A stretch of 64,000 nt of DNA from an uncultured Pseudomonadota bacterium (GTDB lineage: Bacteria > Myxococcota_A > UBA796 > UBA9615): the NCBI GenBank assembly GCA_937891735.1, contig CALAGR010000064.1, positions 26,723-90,722 of the forward strand, written 5' to 3'. Below are positions 32,458-41,983 of the stretch, in pieces. A model generated the notes under the pieces. It did no database searches, was not told where the DNA came from, and worked only from the letters and a program-made list of their open reading frames with translations. The first letter of the stretch is position 1. Every line of letters begins with the position of its first letter. A program made the position numbers and the translations under genes.

Positions 32458-34722
32458 TCAGCCCACGGCGCGCTCTTCGCCCAGGAGCCCGCTCAGGGGC
32501 ACGGCCTCGCTGAACAGGAAGCCCTGGCCGTGGGTGCAGCCGAGCGCGACCAACGCCTGACGCTGCGCCTCCGTCTCGATCCCCTCCGCCGACGTGTCCA
32601 GCCCGAGCTTGTCCGCCACGGACAGGATCGCCTCGCAGATGGGGCCGGGCCCGCGCTCCCCGAGCTCCTGGACGAAGCTGATGTCGATCTTGAGCACCTG
32701 CAGGTCCAGCCGGTGCAGGTAGCTCAGGGAGCTGTACCCGGTCCCGAAGTCGTCCAGAGCGACGCGGATCCCGCGGGCCGTGAGCCGGCTGAAGGTCTGA
32801 CGGGTCCGCGGCAGATCGACGAGCAGGACCGACTCGGTGACCTCCACCTGCAGGCGGTGGGGCGGCAGGCCGGAGCTGGCCAGGGCCGCGAGCACCCAAT
32901 CCTCGATCCCCCGGTCCCGGAACTGGCGGGCCGACAGGTTCACGCTGAGCAGCAGGTCCGGTAGCGCCCCGATCTCCCGCATGGCGCGGGCGATGATCTG
33001 CTTGTCGAGCTCCGCCACGAGCCCCGTCTCCTCCGCCCGGGGGATGAAGGAGCCCGGACCGCGGACCGATCCGTCGGGCTGGGGCCAGCGGGCCAGCGCC
33101 TCCACCCCCAGCAGCTCCCCCGTGCGCAGATCGACGATGGGCTGGTACCAGGGCACGAACTCCTGTCGGTCGAGGGCGCCGCGCAGGGCCGCGTCGAGCT
33201 CCATCAGGCTGCGCACCCGGGCGCGCAGGCTCGGCTCGTAGAAACGGACCGAGACCGTCGCCTCGGACTTCGCCGCGTACATCGCCATGTCGGCGTCGGC
33301 CAGGAGCTCTTCCGGCTCCCGGTAGTCCAGCGTGGCGATCAGGATCCCCAGGCTCGCCTGGATCAGGACCTCCTCGCCCCGGATCGGGAACGGCGCGTCC
33401 AGGGCCGCCACGCACCGCCGCACCACCACCTGGAGCGCCGCCGCGTCCGAGACGCCCCGCAGCAGCAGGGCGAACTCATCGCCCCCGATGCGGGCCACGG
33501 TGTCCGGCTCCCGCAGCGTCGCCGCGAGCCGCTGCCCGACCTCGACCAGCAGCGCGTCCCCGGCGGCGTGCCCGAAGGTGTCGTTGACGACCTTGAACCT
33601 GTCCAGGTCCAGGAAGACGACCGCGAAGTCTGCGACGCATGCGCGGCGCGCGTCGGCCAGGGCCTGACCCACCCGGTCGTGGAACAGGTCGCGGTTCGGC
33701 AGGCCCGTCAGGGGATCGTGGAAGGCCCGGTGCTGCAGCTCCTGCTCCAGCCGCTTGGTGGACGCGATGTTGCTCAGCGAGCCCACGCAGCGAGTGGCCC
33801 CGCTGCTGCCGTCCCCGACCACGCGCCCACGGCTCTGCACCCACAGCCAGGTGCCGTCGGCGTGCCGAATCCGGTAGTCGATGGCGAACTCGGGCGCCGA
33901 GCGCTGGACCGGCGCGCCCAGACTGTTCGCCGCCATCTGGCGGTCCTCGGGGTGCACCCGCTCCAGGAAGGCGGCGATGCTGGTGGTCACGGCTCCCGCG
34001 GGCCCGCCCAGGAGCTGCTGGATCCCGGGACCCCGCCAGAGGGCGCTGGTGGCCTGATCACAGTCCCACACCCCGAACAACGCGCCTTGCCCCGCCAGCT
34101 CGTAGCGCTCGATCAGGGCGGCGCGCTCCGCGTCTGCGTCGCCGAACCGGCGCAGGCCCTGCTCGATCCGCCTCGTCAGGCTCCAGGCGAGCAACCCCAC
34201 GATCAAGAACAGCGCGCTGCCGATCCGCAGGGAGGTCAGCGATGTGTCGGGGCGCAGCGGCTCCGGCAGGGCTCCCTGGAGCTCCAACCCGTACAACGCC
34301 AGCCCGAAGAGCACGCCGAAGCCCGCGAAGAACCAACCGGCGCGAGGGCGGACCAGCACCGCAGACAGGAGAATGACCACGACCCAGCCGACGAACGGCA
34401 CCGAGTTGACGCCTCCGAACCACGTGGCCCGACCGAGGAGCGTCAGGGTGACCACCGACAGGATCACCAGACGGCCCACCGCGCCGCGGTTCGAGCGGAT
34501 CAGGCCGATCCCGATGCCCAGACCGCCGAAGAGGGCGACGGCGAGCCCCGCCAGCGCGGGTTGGAAGTCGGTGATCGCAAAGGAGGTCAGGACGGGGATC
34601 CCGACGATCAGGATCGCCCCCGCGGCCATGGTCGCCACGCGGTTCCTGAGGGCCTCGATCTCGAGCGCGACGGCCTGCTGTCCGATGTGACTGTCCACGG
34701 CGTTCCTGGGGCCCTCCGCCAC
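32458..34722 (-). CDS. membrane-anchored PAS-GGDEF-EAL protein (c-di-GMP turnover)
   Basis: The N-terminal region has multiple TM segments. It carries GGDEF (RIGGDEFALL), EAL (LGVEALARW) and a DDFGTGYSSL block. Confidence 0.9.
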   Translation of the reverse strand: MAEGPRNAVDSHIGQQAVALEIEALRNRVATMAAGAILIVGIPVLTSFAITDFQPALAGLAVALFGGLGIGIGLIRSNRGAVGRLVILSVVTLTLLGRATWFGGVNSVPFVGWVVVILLSAVLVRPRAGWFFAGFGVLFGLALYGLELQGALPEPLRPDTSLTSLRIGSALFLIVGLLAWSLTRRIEQGLRRFGDADAERAALIERYELAGQGALFGVWDCDQATSALWRGPGIQQLLGGPAGAVTTSIAAFLERVHPEDRQMAANSLGAPVQRSAPEFAIDYRIRHADGTWLWVQSRGRVVGDGSSGATRCVGSLSNIASTKRLEQELQHRAFHDPLTGLPNRDLFHDRVGQALADARRACVADFAVVFLDLDRFKVVNDTFGHAAGDALLVEVGQRLAATLREPDTVARIGGDEFALLLRGVSDAAALQVVVRRCVAALDAPFPIRGEEVLIQASLGILIATLDYREPEELLADADMAMYAAKSEATVSVRFYEPSLRARVRSLMELDAALRGALDRQEFVPWYQPIVDLRTGELLGVEALARWPQPDGSVRGPGSFIPRAEETGLVAELDKQIIARAMREIGALPDLLLSVNLSARQFRDRGIEDWVLAALASSGLPPHRLQVEVTESVLLVDLPRTRQTFSRLTARGIRVALDDFGTGYSSLSYLHRLDLQVLKIDISFVQELGERGPGPICEAILSVADKLGLDTSAEGIETEAQRQALVALGCTHGQGFLFSEAVPLSGLLGEERAVG

Positions 34723-34808
34723 CCGACGAACACTATTCGCCAGGAAGGACGACGGTACCCACCGTCGCCGGGGTACGTGTCCGCTGCGGGCTCCGGATGT
34801 GACGCCGA

Positions 34809-36455
34809 TCAGACCAGGGGTACGCCCAGGTCCTTGGCGACGATGCTCGCCGCGGCGCGCCCGGAGTGCAGCGCCCCCGCGATGCCGTGGCCGGACCGGG
34901 TGTTCATGCCCGCGAGGTACAGGCCGGGCACGGGGCCGCGCCAGCTCGGTCGGCCGTCCCCGAACTGCCCCGGGGTCTGGGCCAGCCCGTAGCCGCTGCC
35001 CCCCTCCGCCCGGGTGTAGCGGACCTGGGTGATCGGCGTGGCGGACTCCCGGAACTCGATGTGCTGGCCCACGCCGGGGAACTGGTCGTCCAGCCGACGC
35101 ACCAGCTCGTCCTCGACACGCTGCTTGCGGGCCAGGTACTCCGGCTTCTTGCGGTAGCTCTCGTCGACGAGGTCGTCGGGCTCCAGGCCCCAGACCCTGG
35201 GATCGCCCGGGAGCAGCGCCATGACCTCGACCGTCTCGACGCCCTCGGGGGCGTGGTGCGTGCAGCTCGGATCCTTCTGGGTCGCCGAGGTGATGTACGA
35301 GCCCTGCACGTTGGGGCGGCCGCCCAGGGCGTTGTCCCGGTAGTAGGCCTCCACGTCGTAGTGGTCGAACTGCCAGTAGTTGCGCCGGCCGAAGTCGCGC
35401 GCGGTCAGATCGTCCTTGATGGCGAGGCAGGTCATGAACACGCCATCCGGCACGGACCAGCGGTCCCGCTGGGACCTCCAGGCCTTCGGCAGGTGCTCGC
35501 GGCCCAGCAACGTGTCCATGGTCAGGAAGATGTCGGCGCCGGAGATGACCGCCTTGGCCCGCACCTGCTCGGTGGCGCCGTGCCGATCAGCGACGGTGAG
35601 GCCCGTGGCGCGGCCGTTCTCCATGGTGATCTTCGTGACCTCGTGCTGCAGGAGCACGGCGCCTCCGCTCGCCTCGATGCTGTCCGCGAGCCCGTTCGCC
35701 ATCACCTGCCCGCCGCCCTTGGGGTACCAGCCGCCGGTGGTCAGGTAGTGCAGCATCAGGCCGCAGTGGTGCAGCAGGGACACCTTGCTGGGAGGCAGCC
35801 CGTGATCGCCGTGGGAGCCCGCGAGCACCGCCCGCAGCTGCATGTTGTCGGTGCAGGTGTCCAGGAACGCAGCCAGGGTGGCGTTCTGGTACCAGGGCAG
35901 CAGCTGGCCCCGCAGCAGGATGTGCAGCAGGACGCTCCAGCTCATCTTGCCGTGGGTCTTGTCCAGGGCGGCGATGGCGCCCAGGACCTGCCGCAGCATC
36001 TTCATCCAGCGGGCGATGGCCTTCCGCTCATCGGGGAAGTGCTCCAGCAGGCGCGCTTCGTAGTTGTCCAGGCCCGCCGGGGTCTTGAAGGTGCGATCCG
36101 GGAAGACGAGCACGTCGAACCCGTCCGGGTCCATGGCCTCGTACTCCAGGTTCACGCCGACGGGCCGCAGGAGCCGGTCGAACATGCCCCCGGGCGCGCA
36201 GTCGCCGATGTAGTGCAGGCCCACGTCGAACAGGTAGCGCCGGGAGCGCTTGCCCCGGGCGAACTGGGTCGCGCAGCCGCCGGCGACGTAGTGGGGATCG
36301 AAGCAGGCCACCTTGAGGCCGGCCTGGGCGAGGTAGGCGGCGGCGGTGAGGGAGCCGGTGCCGGCGCCCACGAGGGCCACATCGAGGTCGGTGGGGATGG
36401 CGCCCTGCGAGCGGTCGCGGGTGCGGGCGGTCGGAAGATGGGGCTCGGCTGCCAT
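34809..36455 (-). CDS. phytoene-desaturase-family (CrtI/CrtD-like) FAD-dependent oxidoreductase
   Basis: ATG 36455 lies inside track ORF 34809..36566. The dinucleotide fold is VALVGAGTGSLTAAAYLAQAGLKV...GGCA, and the C-terminal block is LYLAGMNTRSGHGIAGALHSG. Confidence 0.85.
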   Translation of the reverse strand: MAAEPHLPTARTRDRSQGAIPTDLDVALVGAGTGSLTAAAYLAQAGLKVACFDPHYVAGGCATQFARGKRSRRYLFDVGLHYIGDCAPGGMFDRLLRPVGVNLEYEAMDPDGFDVLVFPDRTFKTPAGLDNYEARLLEHFPDERKAIARWMKMLRQVLGAIAALDKTHGKMSWSVLLHILLRGQLLPWYQNATLAAFLDTCTDNMQLRAVLAGSHGDHGLPPSKVSLLHHCGLMLHYLTTGGWYPKGGGQVMANGLADSIEASGGAVLLQHEVTKITMENGRATGLTVADRHGATEQVRAKAVISGADIFLTMDTLLGREHLPKAWRSQRDRWSVPDGVFMTCLAIKDDLTARDFGRRNYWQFDHYDVEAYYRDNALGGRPNVQGSYITSATQKDPSCTHHAPEGVETVEVMALLPGDPRVWGLEPDDLVDESYRKKPEYLARKQRVEDELVRRLDDQFPGVGQHIEFRESATPITQVRYTRAEGGSGYGLAQTPGQFGDGRPSWRGPVPGLYLAGMNTRSGHGIAGALHSGRAAASIVAKDLGVPLV

Positions 36456-36501
36456 TGGGTGAGGGTATCGCGCCGCGAGAAGGGGGGCACGCCGAGGGGT
36501 C

Positions 36502-36542
36502 GCGTCATCGGGGGGAGACAATCTGTCTGGTGGCGTTGACGC
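36502..36542. repeat. 41-bp composite palindrome GCGTCA-N8-AGACA-N3-TGTCT-N8-TGACGC, copy 2 (inverted orientation; possible operator)
   Basis: Read on the plus strand it is gcgtca tcgggggg agaca atc tgtct ggtggcgt tgacgc. It lies in the 136-bp divergent intergenic region, 46 nt from the crtI-like start and ~50 nt from the ycaQ-like start. Confidence 0.85.
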
Positions 36543-36591
36543 GCCACCTCCGGCCGCCGGGGGCACCTCAGCGTCCCGTCATCCCGCGGGC

Positions 36592-37746
36592 GTGCCACCA
36601 TGCGCCGCCGTGCTCACGTTGACCCCCGACATCGCCCGCCGCCGCCTCGTGTCCTGGCTTGGCCTGACCCACCCCCAGGGGAGCGGCGCCGACGGCGTGC
36701 GCGCGCTGCTGGATCGCCTCAACCACATCCAGCTCGATCCCCTCGATCCCCTGGGCACCAACGCCGACCTCGTCGCCATGGCCCGCCTGGACGACGTGGA
36801 TCGCGGCGACGTGTACCGGTCCCTGTCCGGCGGAGCATCCTTCGAGCACTTCGCCAAGATGCGGTGCCTGCTGCCTGCCCGCGCCTTCCCCTGGTACCGC
36901 GATCACATCGCGACCACCACCTGGTGGCGCGCCGACCGTGAGCAACGCCTGCCCGACGGCGCCCTGGCCGATGTGCTCGACGAGGTCCGGGAGCGGGGCC
37001 CCATCAGCGCCCAGGCGTTGACCGACCGGGGGGCCGTGAAGGCCCTCGACTGGCACGGCTGGAAGGGCACGGGCAAGGCCACCACCATGGCCCTGGAGGA
37101 GCTGTGGGCGCGCTGCGCGGTGATCGTCTGGGGACGCTCCCCCACCGGCCAGCGGCTGTACGCCGTGCCCGAGCAGGTCCTGGCGGCGCAGATGACGGCC
37201 CCGTCGTCCCTCTGGGGGCCCTGGGCGGTGATGCAGCGGGCCAACGCCGCGGGGCTGCTGCAGACCGCCGACGGTCCCCAGTGGGGGGTGCTCCGGGAGG
37301 CCCGCACCGACGGCACGGTGGATCGCCTCGTGGCGGACGGGGAGCTCGTGCGGGTGCGCGTGGAGGGCTCGTCCCGAGGCTACGTGGCTCCGGCGGCGTT
37401 CCTGGAGTCGCAGATCCTGCAGCCCGACGACGTGATTCGCATCCTGGGGCCCCTGGATCCGCTGATCTGGGACCGCAAGCTCGTCCAGAACGCCTTCGAC
37501 TTCGAGTACCTGTGGGAGGTCTACAAGCCGGAGGTCCAGCGCCGCTGGGGCTGGTACGTGGTGCCGCTGCTCCGGGCGGGCCGCCTGATCGGGCGGGTGG
37601 ATGCGCGCATCGACGGACCAGCCCTGCGGGTGCGCGAGGTGTGGTGGGAGACCCCCGCCGACAAGGACGTGCCAGCGCTGCGGGCGGCCCTGCAGCTCCA
37701 CGCCCGACGCTGCGGCGCGAGTCGGGTGAACGGTCTGCGGCGCTGA
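36592..37746 (+). CDS. YcaQ/AlkZ-family winged-helix DNA glycosylase-like protein
   Basis: The C-terminal block ILGPLDPLIWDRKLVQNAFDFEYLWEVYKPEVQRRWGWYVVPLLRAGRLIGRVDA closely parallels E. coli YcaQ as I recall it. The start is GTG 36592, with alternative starts at 36610/36619. Confidence 0.85.
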   Translation: MPPCAAVLTLTPDIARRRLVSWLGLTHPQGSGADGVRALLDRLNHIQLDPLDPLGTNADLVAMARLDDVDRGDVYRSLSGGASFEHFAKMRCLLPARAFPWYRDHIATTTWWRADREQRLPDGALADVLDEVRERGPISAQALTDRGAVKALDWHGWKGTGKATTMALEELWARCAVIVWGRSPTGQRLYAVPEQVLAAQMTAPSSLWGPWAVMQRANAAGLLQTADGPQWGVLREARTDGTVDRLVADGELVRVRVEGSSRGYVAPAAFLESQILQPDDVIRILGPLDPLIWDRKLVQNAFDFEYLWEVYKPEVQRRWGWYVVPLLRAGRLIGRVDARIDGPALRVREVWWETPADKDVPALRAALQLHARRCGASRVNGLRR

Positions 37747-37747
37747 C

Positions 37748-38386
37748 TCAGGTCCCCGGCTTGCGCTCCGGGACCCAGACCGTCGCCACGTACCCCATGG
37801 GCCGGTCCACCAGGCGCTCGATCATCCGTGACCGCAGCAGACCGCCCTGGATCCGCTCCACCGTGAAGGGGAACGTCGTCGTCTCGACCGTCTTGCCGAG
37901 CAGCCGCTTGACCGTCTTGCTGGCCTTGGGATGCCACCGCCACGGCCCCGCCACCACCAGCCGCCCGTCGGGCCGGCACACCCGCTCGGCCTCCCGCAGC
38001 AGCGGCCCGGGCTCGGGCACCAGGTGCACCACCGAGGCGAGCAGCACCACCTCGAACGAGTCATCCGGGAACGGCAGCTCGGCCCCGGAGCCCACGACGC
38101 CCTCGACGCTCACGCCCGACTCCAGCGCGTAGTCCCGCAGCATCGCCACGTGCTCGGCGCTCAGATCGATCCCCACCGTACGCGCTGCCCGCTTCGCCAG
38201 AGGCACGGCCAGGCACCCCGTCCCGCAGCCGATGTCGAGCACGGAGCGCCCCGCCGCCTCGGCCGCGCGCTCGATGAGCCGCAGCCTGGCGCGGTGAAAG
38301 GCCTGCTCCGCGCGGGAGCCGGACTGGCTCGCGCGGTAGTAGTCGTAGGGGTCGATCTGGCCGTGGGGCTGGACGGTGCGCGACAT
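37748..38386 (-). CDS. class I SAM-dependent methyltransferase
   Basis: Motif I is VLDIGCGTGC, followed by VGIDLS and CRPDGRLVV. Confidence 0.85.
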   Translation of the reverse strand: MSRTVQPHGQIDPYDYYRASQSGSRAEQAFHRARLRLIERAAEAAGRSVLDIGCGTGCLAVPLAKRAARTVGIDLSAEHVAMLRDYALESGVSVEGVVGSGAELPFPDDSFEVVLLASVVHLVPEPGPLLREAERVCRPDGRLVVAGPWRWHPKASKTVKRLLGKTVETTTFPFTVERIQGGLLRSRMIERLVDRPMGYVATVWVPERKPGT

Positions 38387-38436
38387 CCTCCCAGCCTGAC
38401 CCGGTCGGCGAGACCCCGCAATGCGAGGCCTTGGGA

Positions 38437-39189
38437 TCAGAGGTCCGCGGTCACGCCGTTCGCCGACGCCCAGTCCTTCAGGGCGGCCTTGGCCCCGTCG
38501 GGGATGATCGCCTGGTGGAACAGGTACTTGATGCCGCCGGCCTTGATGAACGAGCCCTTCCAGATGCTGGACTTGATCTCCTCGACCTCGTTGGGCCGCA
38601 GGGTCCAGCTGAACTCGCTCAGGCTCGCGCGCTGGTCCTCGGGCACGGCCGCCGCCGCGGCGCGTCCTGCTTCGAGGGCCTCGGCTCGTTTCCCCGATCC
38701 GATCGATCCGAGGATGGCGCCGATCAACGCCCCGAGCAGGCCGAACTGCGTGCTTCCAGCGTTGCCCGCGTTGGCCACGAAGATGCTCTGGTCCCGAAAG
38801 CAGACGAACATCAGACGCTCGGGGTTGATGTAGAGATCACCGACGCAGTGGCGGCGCTTCAGGGCCATCTCCACCGGAAACACCCCGTCGGTGCCAGCCC
38901 CGTCGCCGGTCAGGACGACGCCACCGGACGACACGGCGGCCGAGGCCCCGGTGGCCGTCCCGCCTTCGTGGAAGATCCCCTTCGCCATCAGCACGGCGCC
39001 GATGGCCCCCATGAATCCGAACAGCAGCAGCCAGTGGATCACGGTCCAGTACCCGATGATCGATTCGATGACCTCGTACGGGACGACCTTGAAGAAGATG
39101 AACGAGAAGATGAACCGTGCGACCCAGGCTCCGAGGAGCGCGGTCCCCCAGATCTTGGCGTGGTTGGGGGTGCCCTTGGATTCAGTCAC
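38437..39189 (-). CDS. hypothetical membrane protein (two TM helices plus a soluble C-terminal domain)
   Basis: GTG 39189 is preceded by GGGAGG (complement of 39194-39199). The hydrophobic segments are WGTALLGAWVARFIFSFIFF and IGYWTVIHWLLLFGFMGAIGAVL. The upstream ORF extension is Arg/Pro-rich. Confidence 0.6.
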   Translation of the reverse strand: MTESKGTPNHAKIWGTALLGAWVARFIFSFIFFKVVPYEVIESIIGYWTVIHWLLLFGFMGAIGAVLMAKGIFHEGGTATGASAAVSSGGVVLTGDGAGTDGVFPVEMALKRRHCVGDLYINPERLMFVCFRDQSIFVANAGNAGSTQFGLLGALIGAILGSIGSGKRAEALEAGRAAAAAVPEDQRASLSEFSWTLRPNEVEEIKSSIWKGSFIKAGGIKYLFHQAIIPDGAKAALKDWASANGVTADL

Positions 39190-39406
39190 GTGTCCTCCCG
39201 AGAAGTGGCTGCCGGTCCGATGATCGTGGAGCCCGATCATACCTGTCGCCGCGTGACCACCTGGACCGCCCCGACGCCCCACCCCCGCCTGGTGAGGACC
39301 ACTCCGACCCGCCCCCGTGCGGCCGGGCTGTTCCCCGAACCGCGTCGATCCCCCTTGGCATCCCGGAGTATCCTCCCCTGAACCCTTCCAGGTCAGGAGG
39401 ACCCGC

Positions 39407-40603
39407 GTGTCCCAGAGCCGGCGCCCCATCCGTCGCCGTGGCGGCCTGATTCCGAGGCTCGTCTTCGCCCTCGCGACGACGCTGCTCGTCGTCGAGTTCG
39501 GTCTGCGGCTGCTCCTGGGGAACGGCGGGCAGGGGCTCGTCGTGCAGCCCTCCGTGTCGCGCGCGGTGTGCTTCGAGATCATCCCCGGCCAGCGTGTGGC
39601 CTACACCGGCGACGTCGTGCGGAGGCCCCAGAGCTGGATCTCCACCTCGGCGGTCGGCACCCGGGGCCCCCTGTTCGGTGACGACGAGCGCACCCGCGTG
39701 GTCGTGATCGGTGACGGGCTGACCTTCGGACAGGGCGTCAACGACAACGAGACCCTGCCCTGGTTCATGCAGGAGGAACTGGTGCGGCGGGGCCACTCGG
39801 TCCAGGTGTTGAACCTGGCGGTGCCCGGCACGTCGCCCCCCCAGGCGGTGGCACGCCTGGAGCGCGAGCTCAAGCGGCTCAAGCCGGACGCCGCGGTGCT
39901 GGTGGTCTCGCCCAACGACCTCGATCCAGGCGGCAGCGACTGCCCCCACATGGGTCTGCAACGCGAAGAAGAGGGGCTGAGCGCCGGCGCCGCCCAGCGC
40001 CAGCTCCAGGATCTGCTGTCCACCCGCGTGTACCTCGTGCGCGCGGTCCGGCTGCTCCGGGAGAGCGGCATGCGGGGGCTGCTCGACGAGCGCGGGCCCT
40101 ACGGTCCAGGGCGGGAGCAGCGCACCGGCGCCCAGGGCGGGCGGGCCGCCGTGACGCGGCCCCCGGGACCGATCTTCGCGGCCACCCTGACGCCCCAGGA
40201 GCAGTGGGGGGATGTGCCGATCCTGATGCCTGCCCCTCGGGTGATCCCCGCGGTGGTGCCCGAGGGGCGGCAGGAGTACGCGTTCGTGTCCGCGGTGGAC
40301 GACCTGCGGAACCTGGGCCGGGAGCACGGCTTCCCGGTGGCCGTGGCGGTGCTCGCGGACCGGGACAGCTTCGGGCAGATCACCGCCTGCGCCACGTGTC
40401 GCGCGCCCCAGCAGCTGATCACCCGGTCCGATGATCTGCAGGTGGTGGACCTGGGGAGCTGGTGGGCCCAGATGGTGCGGAGACCCGAGCAGTGGTTCCA
40501 GTCCGGCGAGGGCTGGCTCAACGCCGCCGGGAGCGAGGAACTGGGTCGGGCGCTGGCGAGTGAGCTGGCCCACTGGCCGGCGCTCCAGGAGCAGGCCGAG
40601 TAG
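39407..40603 (+). CDS. SGNH/GDSL-hydrolase-like protein with substituted catalytic residues
   Basis: GTG 39407 lies 6 nt after AGGAGG and is followed by an N-terminal TM/signal anchor. Block I reads VVIGDGLTFG (Gly in place of the Ser nucleophile). Block III reads VSPND. Block V reads EGWLNAAG (no DxxH). Confidence 0.6.
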   Translation: MSQSRRPIRRRGGLIPRLVFALATTLLVVEFGLRLLLGNGGQGLVVQPSVSRAVCFEIIPGQRVAYTGDVVRRPQSWISTSAVGTRGPLFGDDERTRVVVIGDGLTFGQGVNDNETLPWFMQEELVRRGHSVQVLNLAVPGTSPPQAVARLERELKRLKPDAAVLVVSPNDLDPGGSDCPHMGLQREEEGLSAGAAQRQLQDLLSTRVYLVRAVRLLRESGMRGLLDERGPYGPGREQRTGAQGGRAAVTRPPGPIFAATLTPQEQWGDVPILMPAPRVIPAVVPEGRQEYAFVSAVDDLRNLGREHGFPVAVAVLADRDSFGQITACATCRAPQQLITRSDDLQVVDLGSWWAQMVRRPEQWFQSGEGWLNAAGSEELGRALASELAHWPALQEQAE

Positions 40604-41086
40604 TCAGCCCGTCAGCACGAAGCAGGCGACGTAGAACCCCAGCCCCGTCACGGCCGTCAACGCCATGTCCACGGCGGCGATCCGTCCCCAGAGGCGGTGG
40701 GACGCGCTCGACGCAGACGGCCTGGGGGGGTTGTCGAACCGGATCAGCGACCAGCCGATGAGCCCCACCCACACGATGGCGGTGGTCGTCGAGAACACGA
40801 GATGCACGTTGAGGATCAGCTGGAGGACGCTGGGGTCGAAGCGGCTCGCGGCGGCCAGCTCCATGACATCGCCCACCATGTAGTGGATGTCGATCTCCAG
40901 GGCCGTGACGACCACCAGGAGCAGGGCGGCCAGGGTCAGCTGCGTGTTGCGGTGGGTGGTCCACGCCTTCGCCCGGGCGCGCCTGATGGCCCACACCATC
41001 ACGCCCAGCACCACCGGGAGCGCGATGATGATCACGTCCATCAAGAGGTCGGCGTCGGTGCCGAGGAAGCCATCCGGGAGTCGCAT
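40604..41086 (-). CDS. DUF420-family membrane protein
   Basis: It has four TM segments. The N-terminal GFLGT.A motif and the R.....H.. pattern match DUF420 as I recall it. Confidence 0.7.
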   Translation of the reverse strand: MRLPDGFLGTDADLLMDVIIIALPVVLGVMVWAIRRARAKAWTTHRNTQLTLAALLLVVVTALEIDIHYMVGDVMELAAASRFDPSVLQLILNVHLVFSTTTAIVWVGLIGWSLIRFDNPPRPSASSASHRLWGRIAAVDMALTAVTGLGFYVACFVLTG

Positions 41087-41143
41087 CGCCGGGAGCGTGG
41101 CGCGTCAGCCGGCCTTCCGCAAGAGCGGCACCGGGGCCCGCGC

Positions 41144-41923
41144 TCAGTGTGCGAACACGAAGGGCCAGATGATCTGCGCTCGGCCCGATCCGTAGGGCGG
41201 CGGCCACGCGACCTTGCCCAGCTGCTTCATGACGCAGACCTCGGCCTGCTCGTCGCCGAGATCCGAGTCGATCACCACCATCGCGTCCACGTGCACCGCC
41301 CAGGTGTCGGGATCGCGCGACAGGCGCACCAGCACGTCCATGCGCGAGCCCATGTCCGGCACCTTGCGGCGGCGACGGGACACGCACCGCGCCATCGCCG
41401 CCTCGACCCCTCCGAGCCCCGCCAGGATCGCGTTGATGTCCACGTTGCCCTCGATGGTGGGATCCGGGACCTCGCGCAGGATCCGCTTCTGTTCCTCGGT
41501 CAGCGCGAGGAACTCGAGCCGCGCGCGCGCCCACCTCAGCCGGATCGTCAGCCCCACGGACCGCTCGTCCGACCGCCCGGCATCGGCCGGAAACCGCAGC
41601 GCGTCAGCCACGTCCAGCACGCACTGCCGCGCCCCCTGCAGTTCCTCCTGGGGACCCGACACCTCTCGGACCCGGCCGTCCTCCCACAGCCCCAACACCA
41701 GCGGGACCTGCACCTCCTCGGACGCGCTCGGGGCCGCCGCGAGCAGCTCGGAGCAGGCCTGCAGCGCAGCGGAGGAGTCCAGGGCCACGGCCGTCCACAC
41801 GGTCGGTGACCCCCCCGGCGGGGGCTGGACCGCGGTGACGCTGACGGTGCGCATCCAGGGCGGCGCCTCGTCGGCGGAGGACGCCGCGGGCATACAGCAG
41901 GCCAGCGCCAGGGTCAGGCGCAT
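41144..41923 (-). CDS. hypothetical secreted/lipoprotein
   Basis: ATG 41923 lies inside track ORF 41144..44179. The signal-like N-terminus is MRLTLALACC. The C-terminus (VAWPPPYGSGRAQIIWPFVF) has a TonB-C/AgmX-like flavour. No firm family is assigned. Confidence 0.6.
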   Translation of the reverse strand: MRLTLALACCMPAASSADEAPPWMRTVSVTAVQPPPGGSPTVWTAVALDSSAALQACSELLAAAPSASEEVQVPLVLGLWEDGRVREVSGPQEELQGARQCVLDVADALRFPADAGRSDERSVGLTIRLRWARARLEFLALTEEQKRILREVPDPTIEGNVDINAILAGLGGVEAAMARCVSRRRRKVPDMGSRMDVLVRLSRDPDTWAVHVDAMVVIDSDLGDEQAEVCVMKQLGKVAWPPPYGSGRAQIIWPFVFAH

Positions 41924-41983
41924 CACAGAGGCAGAGCGGTGCACGGCGCCATCTTGCCCGACGGGCGCTGCTACGGTCGGGCC

